Source: Candidatus Poribacteria bacterium
GTDB taxonomy: Bacteria; Poribacteria; WGA-4E; WGA-3G
DNA: 64,000 nt
Assembly (NCBI GenBank): GCA_963665235.2
Contig: CAXXLX010000001.1
Location: 2,656,001-2,720,000 of the forward strand
Reading direction: 5' to 3'
Below the pieces are notes generated by a model. The model was not told the origin of the DNA. It searched no databases and saw nothing but the letters and a program-made list of their open reading frames with translations. This document shows, in pieces, positions 1 through 9,430 of the stretch (the stretch's first letter is position 1; each line of letters begins with the position of its first letter). Made by a program: the position numbers and the translations under genes.

Positions 1-263
1 AGCCGTATTGGAACCGTGGATATTGTACGGAGGCAGCGACCGCGGTTGTCAGGTACGGTTTTGAGGTGAAGAAGCTCACCTATATTCACGCCTGCTACCT
101 CGAGCGAAATCCCGCATCGGGCAGGGTACTCCAAAAAATTGGGATGCAATACGAAGCCCATTGCCCGAAAGCGATTAAAAGAGGTGACGTGCCTGAAGAT
201 GTCATTCAATACGGTATGCAAAGATCAGCATTCGATAAAGTAATAGACATTATACCGTTTTAG
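1..263 (+). CDS. GNAT N-acetyltransferase, RimJ/RimL family (5'-partial, begins before the window)
   Basis: Frame from nt 3 reads PYWNRGYCTEAATAVVRYGFE...NPASGRVLQKIGM, typical RimJ/RimL motifs. Confidence 0.85.
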   Translation, partial: PYWNRGYCTEAATAVVRYGFEVKKLTYIHACYLERNPASGRVLQKIGMQYEAHCPKAIKRGDVPEDVIQYGMQRSAFDKVIDIIPF

Positions 264-380
264 GAGCGCGGCTGTTCCGTTAAGAGGCATGGTGCGTAGG
301 GGCGGGGTCCCCCCGCCTTTTTTAGGAGCGCGGCTGTTCCGTTAAGAGGCATGGTGCGTAGGGGCGGGGTCCCCCCGCCC
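257..380. repeat. Two tandem ~62-bp units, each containing a GTAG-type REP palindrome (GTAGGGGCGGGGTCCCCCCGCC)
   Basis: Direct repeat seen in the sequence; the same REP type occurs at ~39297, ~39375 and 51303. Confidence 0.9.
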
Positions 381-427
381 GAGTTGAAGTCGTGTTTAGT
401 CGTGTTTTGGGCGAGGCGATGTCGCCC

Positions 428-460
428 TTAGAGGAGCAGGGAACCTGTAGCCCGAATACT
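428..460. repeat. TTRR(A/G)GAGC-hairpin-CCGAATACT mini-element in place of the CTAC end of a REP
   Basis: Further copies at 18217-18248, 22219-22247, 22296-22324 and 47917-47945. Confidence 0.75.
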
Positions 461-520
461 GATGTTCGAGGCCTACTCTGATTAAATTAAATCATTATAA
501 TGTCTAATGTGATTGGCAGA

Positions 521-700
521 ATGGTGATGGCATTTCTGCCACGGTTACCTGTTTATAGAGAGGAATAGGTTTCATGAAATTCGCCTTATCAAACCGCAAG
601 GAGATATCGCTTATGGTTGGCGTTTCTGCCTGCAGCTGTCTGTCTATGGAGATGGATAATAAGTTTTAGGAAATTCGCCTTATCAAACCGCAAGGAAACA
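521..700. repeat. Imperfect ~93-bp direct repeat upstream of lolE
   Basis: GAAATTCGCCTTATCAAACCGCAAGGA at 576-602 and 670-696, with similar flanks. Confidence 0.8.
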
Positions 701-709
701 TCAAAAATT

Positions 710-2167
710 ATGAAATTTGAATGGTTTGTCGCCCTGCGATATCTGTTATCGCGCCGAAAACAGTCATTTATCACTGTGATTAGCATTATCTCTATTGCAG
801 GGGTCGGGCTCGGGGTTGCTACAGTAATTTTGGTTATTGCTGTTTTAGATGGGGTTGAACAGGGGCTCAAAGATCGATTCCTTGCAAATGAGGCGCATGT
901 GATTCTGCGGGTGTTAGGGAACGATTTCTTCGGTGATTACGAGAATAGGATTAAGAGAATTAAGGCGATTGAAGACGTTGTTGCTGCCTCGCCAGTTGTC
1001 TATACGCAAATAGGTGTTTTCCAAAAAGATAGCAAAGGGATTGATGATGTTATTTACATCAAAGGGATTGAGCCTGCGCTGGAGGAGGAGGTAACGGGAT
1101 TCTCCCAATTTGTATCCGGTTCAGTTGATTTCAAGGAGTCCCCCTTAATAGCGGAGGCACGGTTCTTGAAAGACATCACTATCACCGGAGGCATAGTAGT
1201 CGGTTCGCGTTTAGCTGCCCGGCTCGGTATCATCGAGGGAGATGTGCTGCGGCTCGTGGTTGAATTGGTAGAGATTCGGGAGGGGGAGTTCCACCCCCGT
1301 ATCAGGAACTTTGTTGTCATCGGCCTGTATGAATCGGAATTAGCAGTTTATGATAACCGCCTTGGGTTTATCCATATTGACGCGGCACAAAAGATTCAGA
1401 AAGCGGAAGGCAAAGCGAATGTGATTTTGGTTCGGCTATCGGACCCCGAGTTGGCAACCGACATCGGGCCGCTGATCGAGGAGGCAGCTGATTTCTCTAT
1501 ATTTGAGGGGGCCCCGATAACGACGACGTGGATGGAGACACATGCCCCGCTGTTCACCGCGCTGGAGCTGGAAAAAATGGCGACTATCATTATTGAGGCA
1601 CTGATTATTTTGGTAGCTGCCTTTAATATTGCCAGCACCTTGATTATGGTGGTTATGGAAAAGACGCGCGACGTTGGCATGTTACGCACCCTCGGTGCTT
1701 CACGCGGAGACATTATACGCATCTTCATGATTCAGGGGAGCGTTATCGGCACGTTGGGAACAATTGCTGGCACTGTGCTAGGGCTTGGAATCTGTTGGCT
1801 GCTAAGCACGAATGTTATGCGGCCCTCCCCTTGGTTCGCGTTTGGTGTGTTGGGCGTGCTTATCCTCTGTCAGCTCTTTATTGCATTCCGCCGGATTGTG
1901 CCGCTGCCAAAAGGCGGTAAGCTCGGATTAGTTATCTTCTGGCTTCTGGCAATAGGGTTCGGGCTTTACTGTCTCGTTGAACCTATCTCTTTACGAGAGT
2001 TGAAGTTGAGTGAAATCTACCAAATGAATCAACTTCCGATAAAAATAAATTGGTTCTTTGTAATTTTCATCAACGCTCTCTCATTAGTTCTTTGCTGGCT
2101 TGCGACGCTATATCCTGCATGGCAAGCATCAAATTTGAAACCGATTGAGGCGTTACAATACGAATAA
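710..2167 (+). CDS. lolE: Lipoprotein-releasing ABC transporter permease LolC/E
   Basis: MKFEWFVALRYL...ISIISIAGVGLGVA; VAAFNIASTLIMVVMEKTRDVGMLRTLGA; ATLYPAWQASNLKPIEALQYE. ATG at 710 preferred over 617, which lies in repeat DNA. Confidence 0.92.
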   Translation: MKFEWFVALRYLLSRRKQSFITVISIISIAGVGLGVATVILVIAVLDGVEQGLKDRFLANEAHVILRVLGNDFFGDYENRIKRIKAIEDVVAASPVVYTQIGVFQKDSKGIDDVIYIKGIEPALEEEVTGFSQFVSGSVDFKESPLIAEARFLKDITITGGIVVGSRLAARLGIIEGDVLRLVVELVEIREGEFHPRIRNFVVIGLYESELAVYDNRLGFIHIDAAQKIQKAEGKANVILVRLSDPELATDIGPLIEEAADFSIFEGAPITTTWMETHAPLFTALELEKMATIIIEALIILVAAFNIASTLIMVVMEKTRDVGMLRTLGASRGDIIRIFMIQGSVIGTLGTIAGTVLGLGICWLLSTNVMRPSPWFAFGVLGVLILCQLFIAFRRIVPLPKGGKLGLVIFWLLAIGFGLYCLVEPISLRELKLSEIYQMNQLPIKINWFFVIFINALSLVLCWLATLYPAWQASNLKPIEALQYE

Positions 2168-2182
2168 TTGCGGTAGGTACGC

Positions 2183-2440
2183 TATACTAAAGTTTGGGCA
2201 ATTTTAGGGGTGGGTAACGTTCTTGTCAAAGGGATAGGTGGAAGGGGGGAAGGATGGAAGGATGGAAGGATGGAAGGATGGAAGGGTGGAAGATTGGATT
2301 TCGCTTGTGTTGTCAGAATGCACGTCGCATTTGGGCGAGTACTCCGCAAATCGCGGAGAACACAGAGAACACAGAGGACGTGGAAAAAAGAGGGGTTTGG
2401 CTAAAATCTATAAACATATCGCCCCGATGGGGCTAGGTTG
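2183..2440. repeat. Dispersed composite repeat: conserved 5' block, GGAAG(G/A)(G/A)T octamer run, GATTTCGCxTGTGTTGTCAGAATGCACGTCGC block and CACAGAGAA run
   Basis: Homologous blocks at 18043-18195 and 48968-49230. Confidence 0.8.
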
Positions 2441-2491
2441 TGTGTCGTTCGCGTTTGCTATGCAACGTTTTTAGACATCAAATTAAGATTA

Positions 2492-3199
2492 ATGGAAAAA
2501 CTCATACGGATAGTTGATTTACATAAATCCTTTTATGATGGTGAGATGGAGTTGAAAATCCTTAAAGGCGTAAACCTCGATATTCACACATCGGAGGTCC
2601 TTGCGATTATGGGGGCATCAGGTGTCGGGAAAAGCACGTTGCTGCATATCCTCGGCACGCTTGACCGTCCCACATCTGGGAACATTTTTTACGAGGGGCA
2701 GGATATCTCCGCGTTTTCGGAACGTGAGCTGACTCGGTTCAGGAATGACGCTATCGGATTTGTGTTTCAGTTTCACCAATTGTTGCCGGAATTTACCGCT
2801 TTGGAAAATGTTGCAATGGGCAGATTAATCAGGGATGCGAAAAACCGTAAGGACGCAGGAGCGAAAAACGGAAACTGGGACAGTGCTTATGAAAACGCCG
2901 CAGAACTTCTTGCTGAGGTCGGGCTCTCTGAACGATTGGAACACTATCCGAGTCAACTTTCCGGCGGGGAGCGACAACGGGTCGCCATCGCGCGTGCATT
3001 GATTAACCAACCCAAAGTGGTCCTGGCGGATGAACCTACTGGGAATATTGATGATAAAACGAGTGAAGCAGTGTTTGACGTTTTCCGAGCTATCAATATG
3101 CATTTGAATCAAACATTTGTTATTGTGACACACGATGTACGCCTGGCAGAACGCGCGGACCGAACAGTTCATCTTGTTGATGGTATAATCGCTGACTGA
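2492..3199 (+). CDS. lolD: Lipoprotein-releasing ABC transporter ATPase LolD
   Basis: Walker [52 protein letters not shown]; follows lolE. Confidence 0.92.
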   Translation: MEKLIRIVDLHKSFYDGEMELKILKGVNLDIHTSEVLAIMGASGVGKSTLLHILGTLDRPTSGNIFYEGQDISAFSERELTRFRNDAIGFVFQFHQLLPEFTALENVAMGRLIRDAKNRKDAGAKNGNWDSAYENAAELLAEVGLSERLEHYPSQLSGGERQRVAIARALINQPKVVLADEPTGNIDDKTSEAVFDVFRAINMHLNQTFVIVTHDVRLAERADRTVHLVDGIIAD

Positions 3200-3250
3200 A
3201 ACATATTGCTAGGAGGGCAACACTGTAAAATTCGAAAGATGCAAATTTGA

Positions 3251-3280
3251 TTGACATTGAACCGTAGTGTATGCTATACT
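3251..3280 (+). promoter_or_regulatory. sigma70-type promoter for the ilvE-bamA operon
   Basis: TTGACA-18 nt-TATACT, with a TG extended -10. Confidence 0.6.
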
Positions 3281-3379
3281 CCTTTAAAGTCAAATTCGAC
3301 ATCATGTATATTACAGAAAAGGCCCCTACGGCTTGAAAATAGATGGGTTTTGCATGAACTACTTAGGAAGGGATAGGTT

Positions 3380-4261
3380 ATGTTGATTTATATCGACGGA
3401 GAGTTTCTACCGAAGGCAGAAGCAAAGATTTCTGTCTTCGACCATGGACTACTGTATGGCGATGGTGTTTTTGAAGGTATTCGTTGCTATAACGGTAGGG
3501 TTTTTAAGTTGGATGAACACTTGGAAAGGCTCTATGATTCTGCGAAGTCGCTGAGATTGCAGATTCCGATGCCGATTGCGGTTTTAAAGGAAAAGGTGCT
3601 GGAGACGCTCCGTCGAAATCAGCTGAGAGAAGCATATATCCGATTGATTGTGACTCGTGGCATTGGCGATTTAGGTCTCGATCCGGATCTGTGTGAAACT
3701 CCCTCAATTATCATTATTGCAGACGAGATTTCGCTGTACCCGCAGCATTTCTATGAAAACGGGTTGGAAATTGTGACGGTATCCATTCGGCGGAATTATC
3801 CGGAGGCTATCAATCCTCGCATTAAATCCCTTAATTATCTGAACAACATTCTGGCGAAAATTGAGGGAAAACAGGCTGGGGCAGTTGAGGCATTGATGCT
3901 CGATGCAGATGGTTACGTTGTGGAATGTACCGGGGATAACATTTTTTGGGTTAAAAATGAGATGATTGTCACGCCACCAGTTCATATCGGAATTTTAGAG
4001 GGTGTGACCCGTAATAGTGTGATTGCACTTGCTCGCGAGGCAGGATTCCAGGTTGAAGAACGGCTTTTCACCCGGCATGACCTATACATTGCAGATGAGT
4101 GCTTTCTGACAGGCACCGCAGCGGAGGTTATCCCGGTGGTTAAACTGGATCAGCGGGTTATCGGAAACGGGTGCCCTGGAAAGGTGACGCGGAAACTTAT
4201 TGCTGCCTTTCAGCAACTTGCGAACAGTGTCGGGACTCCGATACGCCCAGAGGACGCTTGA
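3380..4261 (+). CDS. ilvE: Branched-chain amino acid aminotransferase
   Basis: SVFDHGLLYGDGVFEGIR, IKSLNYLNNILAK, ILEGVTR, ECFLTGTAAEVIP. Confidence 0.95.
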   Translation: MLIYIDGEFLPKAEAKISVFDHGLLYGDGVFEGIRCYNGRVFKLDEHLERLYDSAKSLRLQIPMPIAVLKEKVLETLRRNQLREAYIRLIVTRGIGDLGLDPDLCETPSIIIIADEISLYPQHFYENGLEIVTVSIRRNYPEAINPRIKSLNYLNNILAKIEGKQAGAVEALMLDADGYVVECTGDNIFWVKNEMIVTPPVHIGILEGVTRNSVIALAREAGFQVEERLFTRHDLYIADECFLTGTAAEVIPVVKLDQRVIGNGCPGKVTRKLIAAFQQLANSVGTPIRPEDA

Positions 4262-4329
4262 AATATACTAGAACTTCGGAAGCGAGCAGCCGCTGCTTGC
4301 ATTTAACACTTCAAGTTTAAGGAGAACGG

Positions 4330-6780
4330 TTGAGCATGGATAGCATCAAACATTCTACGTTGACTTTCGTTTTGCGATTAGCCGCTGTGGCTATCTTGTT
4401 TGTGGTGAGCTTGGCAGGAGCAGAGGAGCCGGCGGATACGGCGAAGCAACCAGAGCAACCCACCGAAGAAGGACAACAGGCAGCCCCTACAACACCTGAG
4501 GAACCGACTTCAACACCGGCTGTTGATGAAGCATTTGTGGTGAAAAAAATCACCTTCAAAGGCGTACAAACACTCCACGAGGAGATGTTGTTGACACTCA
4601 TTCAAACCCAAGTTGGGCACGAAATCTCCGGAGAGTTGCTCACAAAAGATATCGGAAGTTTGTACAAGGATACCGGATTCTTCTCCGATATAGCGGTGGA
4701 GCCACTTCCTGCTGAAGGCGGCGGTTTTGAGGTTGTCTATCATCTTGTGGAACGACCCAAAATTGAGGGGATCAGTATCACCGGCAACGAGAAGCTAGAT
4801 ATAGGCAATCTCATGAAGTTGGTGACCTTGAATCCTACGGAGATTTACAGCGAGCGGCACCGCTGGCAAAGTGAACGGGCAATCCGAAAACTTTACCACG
4901 AAAAAGGCTACTACCTTGCGGGTATCCAGGTTCACCTGGATAAAAACGCGGAGGAGAATAGCGTCCAGGTAACGTTTGAAATTGATGAGGGCCCACGGGT
5001 GCGAATTAAGGAGATTAACTTTATCGGAAATGAGCGGGTGTCAGCGAAAAAGCTGCGGAAGCAGATGAAGACGCGTATCGGCAAACATTTTGATGAGATG
5101 CTCTTCGAAGAGGAGGATTTAGGCTTAAATCTTCGGAATTACTATCAGGACCGCGGCTTTGCCTTAGTGAAAATTTTGGGACATACCAAAAGTTTCAACG
5201 CGGATAAAACCGAATTAATGCTGGACATCACCGTTGACGAAGGTCCGGAATTTGTCGTCGGCACGTACACCCTAAATATTCAGGCAGGTGCCAAAACCGT
5301 TTTTTCCGAGAAAAAAATACGGCGGATGGTAGACCCAGCAGAAGGCGAAATTTTCAACCGCGCAATCTTTGACGAATCCATTCAAAAACTACAGCAAGCC
5401 TATCTCGATAAAGGTTACCTGCTTTCAAGCGTAGCACCGATACCCGATTTTGATGAAGCAGACGGTTTGGTCAATATCACCTTGAACATAGATGAAGGGG
5501 ATGTGATAGTTATTAATAACGTCAGGATTACCGGTTTAGAAAAAACGAAGGAGAATATTGTCAGGCGTGAGCTAGATTGGCTTGACATCAAACCGGATGA
5601 GTTGCTTGACGTAAAAGCCCTTCGGAAAGCGCGCCAACGTTTGTTCCAGATGGGCTCGTTTATTCGTGCGGTGGATTTTGTTCCCAGCGACACTGAAAAT
5701 GACAATAGTAAAGATTTGGTCGTCAATATTGCCGAAACGCCTAGAACCGGTATGGTCCAATTGGGTGGCGGTTATGGCAGTGAAGGCGGGATTTTCGGCA
5801 GTGCGGAAGTCGGGCAGAATAACCTGTTCGGCCGCGCCTATCGTGTGCATGTCAAAGGGGAATTAGGCACACGTGACCATCACACCGCCCAAATTAGTTT
5901 CGGTACCCCCTGGATTTTGGGGACCCCTACACGCCTAAATGCACAGATTTATGATAACCGACGTTTCCGAAGCTATTACGGAACGGTCGGAGCTATTCTC
6001 AATAATGAGGATGTCGGCAGGTATGTTTGGGGACGACGGGGTGCATCTCTAACACTCGGTCGGCCAATCGCTTACGACATTGACCTTTCGGTCAGGTTAC
6101 GGAATGAACGTGTGAACGTCGAAAAACCGGATCAGGATGCGGACCCGATTAATCGTTCCACCCGAAGTATTCTCTTTGCTGTGGGCAGAGATACACGCGA
6201 TTATCGCACATCCCTGTTTGATCCGACTGCTGGCTCCTTTAATACCCTCTCTTATGAATACTCAGGCGGAATCTTAGGGGCGGACAACCATTTCCAGAAG
6301 TACACGGCTGACAGTAGCTGGTTCGTTAGTCCGTGGTGGAATCATGTTATTGCTGTTCATGCCCGCGCGGGGTATATGCGAAGTAGGCGGGCGGATTACC
6401 AAGATTTCTTTTACGAACGTTTTTACCTTGGCGGTGTTGACACGATTCGCGGTTACGAGAACTTCGAAATTTATCCGGACCCTGATGAAAATGGCAAATA
6501 CAATCCGTACGGCGGTGACAAAGTGTTTTTTTCCAATTTGGAGTACCGAATTCCCGTTTCCCCACAGCTCACTGCAGCCCTTTTCTTTGATATGGGCCAA
6601 GTCTGGGATGAAAGTGTCAGCAATGTTTTTAACCAAATCAACTTGAAACGCGGGGTTGGGGCAGAAGTCCGTTTTAACATGCTCGGCATGTTGGCACGTT
6701 TGGGCTGGGGATATGGCCTCGACCGAGCCAGTGGTCAAGCAAGCGGTAAGTTCCATTTTACAATTGGGCCCGGTTTCTAA
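4330..6780 (+). CDS. bamA: Outer membrane protein assembly factor BamA
   Basis: Signal peptide, repeated POTRA segments, FYLGGVDTIRGY (VRGF motif), C-terminal Phe; followed by skp and lpxD. Confidence 0.93.
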   Translation: MSMDSIKHSTLTFVLRLAAVAILFVVSLAGAEEPADTAKQPEQPTEEGQQAAPTTPEEPTSTPAVDEAFVVKKITFKGVQTLHEEMLLTLIQTQVGHEISGELLTKDIGSLYKDTGFFSDIAVEPLPAEGGGFEVVYHLVERPKIEGISITGNEKLDIGNLMKLVTLNPTEIYSERHRWQSERAIRKLYHEKGYYLAGIQVHLDKNAEENSVQVTFEIDEGPRVRIKEINFIGNERVSAKKLRKQMKTRIGKHFDEMLFEEEDLGLNLRNYYQDRGFALVKILGHTKSFNADKTELMLDITVDEGPEFVVGTYTLNIQAGAKTVFSEKKIRRMVDPAEGEIFNRAIFDESIQKLQQAYLDKGYLLSSVAPIPDFDEADGLVNITLNIDEGDVIVINNVRITGLEKTKENIVRRELDWLDIKPDELLDVKALRKARQRLFQMGSFIRAVDFVPSDTENDNSKDLVVNIAETPRTGMVQLGGGYGSEGGIFGSAEVGQNNLFGRAYRVHVKGELGTRDHHTAQISFGTPWILGTPTRLNAQIYDNRRFRSYYGTVGAILNNEDVGRYVWGRRGASLTLGRPIAYDIDLSVRLRNERVNVEKPDQDADPINRSTRSILFAVGRDTRDYRTSLFDPTAGSFNTLSYEYSGGILGADNHFQKYTADSSWFVSPWWNHVIAVHARAGYMRSRRADYQDFFYERFYLGGVDTIRGYENFEIYPDPDENGKYNPYGGDKVFFSNLEYRIPVSPQLTAALFFDMGQVWDESVSNVFNQINLKRGVGAEVRFNMLGMLARLGWGYGLDRASGQASGKFHFTIGPGF

Positions 6781-6884
6781 GAAAACCCCCGCAGGAAGGT
6801 TTCGAAAGTATACATTTTTAGAGACACTGTGTCTCGTTAAGATGGGCAATCGAGAATCACCCTCGGTTGCCCAAAGGATAAACT

Positions 6885-7436
6885 ATGAAACGTATTTTGT
6901 TACTGATTTTCTGCATCTCCCTATTTAGTTTTATCTCTAACAGCACCGGCCAAGAGGCATTCAAATTAGGGGTTGTAGATGGCCAGCGAGTTTTAGAGGG
7001 TTACCACAAAGCTGTCGAGGCTAATAAATTGCTGGAAGCCGCGAAGCAACGTTTAGTCGATAAGCTGGAGAGCCTCGTTGAAGAAATCCGAACCCTCGAA
7101 GAAAAAAAGACCAAAACCGAACTTTTTAGATCTGAAGCGGAGAGTGCTGATTTAGTACAGCAAATTCGACTCAAACAGGAAGCATACGGACGGGAGCGAA
7201 ATGCTGGCGAGGAAGCACTCTTTACAAAACAGCAGGAACTCATGGTCCCCATCTTGAAAGAAATTGAGGAACTCATCATCAAAACAGGCGAAGCGGAGGG
7301 GTATGACCTCATTCTTAACAAAACAGCTGTCCTGTATGTGAATGAGAAATACGACTTGACCGATAAACTCATTAAATTGATAAATGCAGGAAAAGAAGCC
7401 GAGCCAGAAACAGAGACAGAGCCGGCCCCCGAATAG
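6885..7436 (+). CDS. skp: OmpH/Skp periplasmic chaperone
   Basis: Signal peptide, KLGVVDGQRV, GYDLILN..VLYV....DLTD; bamA-skp-lpxD context. Confidence 0.92.
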   Translation: MKRILLLIFCISLFSFISNSTGQEAFKLGVVDGQRVLEGYHKAVEANKLLEAAKQRLVDKLESLVEEIRTLEEKKTKTELFRSEAESADLVQQIRLKQEAYGRERNAGEEALFTKQQELMVPILKEIEELIIKTGEAEGYDLILNKTAVLYVNEKYDLTDKLIKLINAGKEAEPETETEPAPE

Positions 7437-7562
7437 CTATATCCGCTGTCTGAGCTGCCAGTTCAAACGTTTGGTTGCATGCGATTTGGAACGGCGCAAC
7501 ATGCCGAACAACATCCGAACTCATCCGTGCTTAGCTTAAGCAGCTACGTGATGTGCCCTAAA

Positions 7563-7694
7563 TGGTTCACTCGGTAATTAATTTGGGTTCTGCTCGTTCT
7601 AAATACCCCCCTAACCCTCCCGCAGGCGGGGGGGATGGACTTTTGGCTGTATTCCGCGAGTTCTATATATCAGAGATATTTAGCGATTAAACCA
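7563..7694. mobile_element. 132-bp MITE with imperfect 15-bp TIRs and a 5-bp CTAAA target duplication
   Basis: ctaaa[TGGTTCACTCGGTAA...TTAGCGATTAAACCA]ctaaa; the duplicated copy at ~8318 has the empty site (single ctaaa). Confidence 0.8.
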
Positions 7695-7709
7695 CTAAAT
7701 GAGGTAAGT

Positions 7710-8201
7710 ATGAGTATCAAAAACAGCACCGGCCAAGAGGCATTCAAATTAGGGGTTGCAGATGCCCAGCGAGTTTTGGAGGGTTACCACAAAGCCATAG
7801 ATGCTGATAAGTTGCTGGAAGCCGCGAAGCAACGTTTAGTCGATAAGCTGGAGACCCGTGTTGAAGGAATTCGAACCCTCGAAGAGAAAAAGACCAAAAC
7901 CGAACTTTTTAAATCTGAAGCGGAGAGGGCGGATTTAGAACAGCAAATTCGACTCGAACAGGAAGTATACGTACGGGAGCGAAATGCTGGCGAGGAAGCA
8001 CTCTTTGCAAAACAGCGGGAGCTTATGGTCCCCATCTTGAAAGAAATTGAAGAACTCATCATTAAAACGGGTGAAGCGGAGGGGTATGACCTCATTCTTA
8101 ACAAAACAGCTGTCCTGTATGTGAATGAGAAACACGACTTAACCGATAAAGTCATTGAATTAATAAATGCGGGTCCAGAGCTAGAGCTGGCCCCCGAATA
8201 G
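7710..8201 (+). CDS. Skp paralog without signal peptide (lpxD RBS and MSIK fused to mature Skp)
   Basis: AATGAGGTAAGTATGAGTATCAAA is identical to the lpxD start at 8321-8344; the rest is highly similar to skp from codon ~19. Confidence 0.8.
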   Translation: MSIKNSTGQEAFKLGVADAQRVLEGYHKAIDADKLLEAAKQRLVDKLETRVEGIRTLEEKKTKTELFKSEAERADLEQQIRLEQEVYVRERNAGEEALFAKQRELMVPILKEIEELIIKTGEAEGYDLILNKTAVLYVNEKHDLTDKVIELINAGPELELAPE

Positions 8202-8332
8202 CTATATCCGCTGTCTGAGCTGCCAATTCAAACGTTTGGTTGCATGCGATTTGGAACTGCACAACATGCCAAACAACATCCGAACCCATCCGTGCTTAAC
8301 CAGCTACGTGATGCGTCCTAAATGAGGTAAGT

Positions 8333-9391
8333 ATGAGTATCAAACTCAAGGACATCTGTGAACACCTGGGTGGCGAACTCTCCGGAGATGGTGCTATTGA
8401 GATTACTGGAATTGCTGGAATTAAAGAGGCTACCCCTAATCAGATTACCTTCGTCGCTAACGCAAAGTATTTGTCTGACATAGCTACGACACAAGCGTCA
8501 GCAATTATCATCGGTCCCGGCGTGTCCGGTAACGGCAAACCGACGATTTGTGTTGAGAACCCGTACTGGGGTTTTGTCAAGGTTGTAGAACTATTCGCTC
8601 GGGATAAAGGGCAACAGCTGCAACCGGGTATCCATGAAACCGCCATTTTAGGGGAGAACGTTAAAATCGGGGAAAGAGTCACAATTCAAGCCCTTAGCGT
8701 CATCGCGGATAACGTCGAGATTGGGGATGATACCGTTATCTACCCGTTCGTCTATATCGGTGCTCGGAGTAAAATAGGAGATAATGGGTTAATCTATCCA
8801 CACGTGAGTATTCGGGAGGACGTGACTATCGGAGCGCGCGTCATCATTCACAGTGGTGCGGTCATCGGAAGTGATGGATTCGGATTCACGCCTCACCCTG
8901 AAACCCACAGCCCCTACAAAATTCCCCAAATTGGTACAGTTGTTATTGAGGACGATGTCGAAATTGGGGCGAATACCACAATTGACAGAGCGACACTTGC
9001 CGAAACGCTTATAAAACGGGGAACAAAACTCGATAATCTTGTTCAAGTTGCACATAACGTTGTTATCGGCGAGGACTGTTGCATCGCTGCGCTTGCTGGG
9101 CTTGCCGGAAGCACGACATTAGGCGACCGTGTAAATGTGGCTGGACAGGCAGGGGCAGTCGGACATCTAACCCTCGGCTCGGATAGTGTGCTTTATGCCA
9201 AATCCGGCGTAACGAAGGATATGCCCCCCGGAAGCCACCTCTTCGGCTTCCCCGCCCGCACACATAAACAGGAATTGCGCATTCACGCCTCCACCCGAAA
9301 ACTCCCTGAACTGCTAACTGAATTCAACAAACTCCAAAAGCAGGTTCAAGAACTTGAGGAAAAACTACAAAAATTAGAGAAGACCTCGTAG
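8333..9391 (+). CDS. lpxD: UDP-3-O-(3-hydroxyacyl)glucosamine N-acyltransferase
   Basis: Hexapeptide repeats, IGSDGFGF, KIPQIG, IGANTTIDR, KLDNLVQVAHN. Confidence 0.95.
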   Translation: MSIKLKDICEHLGGELSGDGAIEITGIAGIKEATPNQITFVANAKYLSDIATTQASAIIIGPGVSGNGKPTICVENPYWGFVKVVELFARDKGQQLQPGIHETAILGENVKIGERVTIQALSVIADNVEIGDDTVIYPFVYIGARSKIGDNGLIYPHVSIREDVTIGARVIIHSGAVIGSDGFGFTPHPETHSPYKIPQIGTVVIEDDVEIGANTTIDRATLAETLIKRGTKLDNLVQVAHNVVIGEDCCIAALAGLAGSTTLGDRVNVAGQAGAVGHLTLGSDSVLYAKSGVTKDMPPGSHLFGFPARTHKQELRIHASTRKLPELLTEFNKLQKQVQELEEKLQKLEKTS

Positions 9392-9430
9392 CAGCACCGA
9401 GACCTTAGCGGACACGTAAGGAGCAGAGAA

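Noticed and set aside
1-45. Group II intron domain V-like AGCCGTAT...GTACGG
   Set aside because: Fully explained as GNAT coding sequence (PYWNRGYCTEA).
2210-2474. Short ORFs with EGWKDGRM / EEWKGGRV repeats (also 18043-18303)
   Set aside because: These are translations of octamer repeat DNA.
7635-7709. Longer N-terminus for the second skp
   Set aside because: This ATG lies inside a MITE; ATG 7710 has the lpxD-derived RBS.
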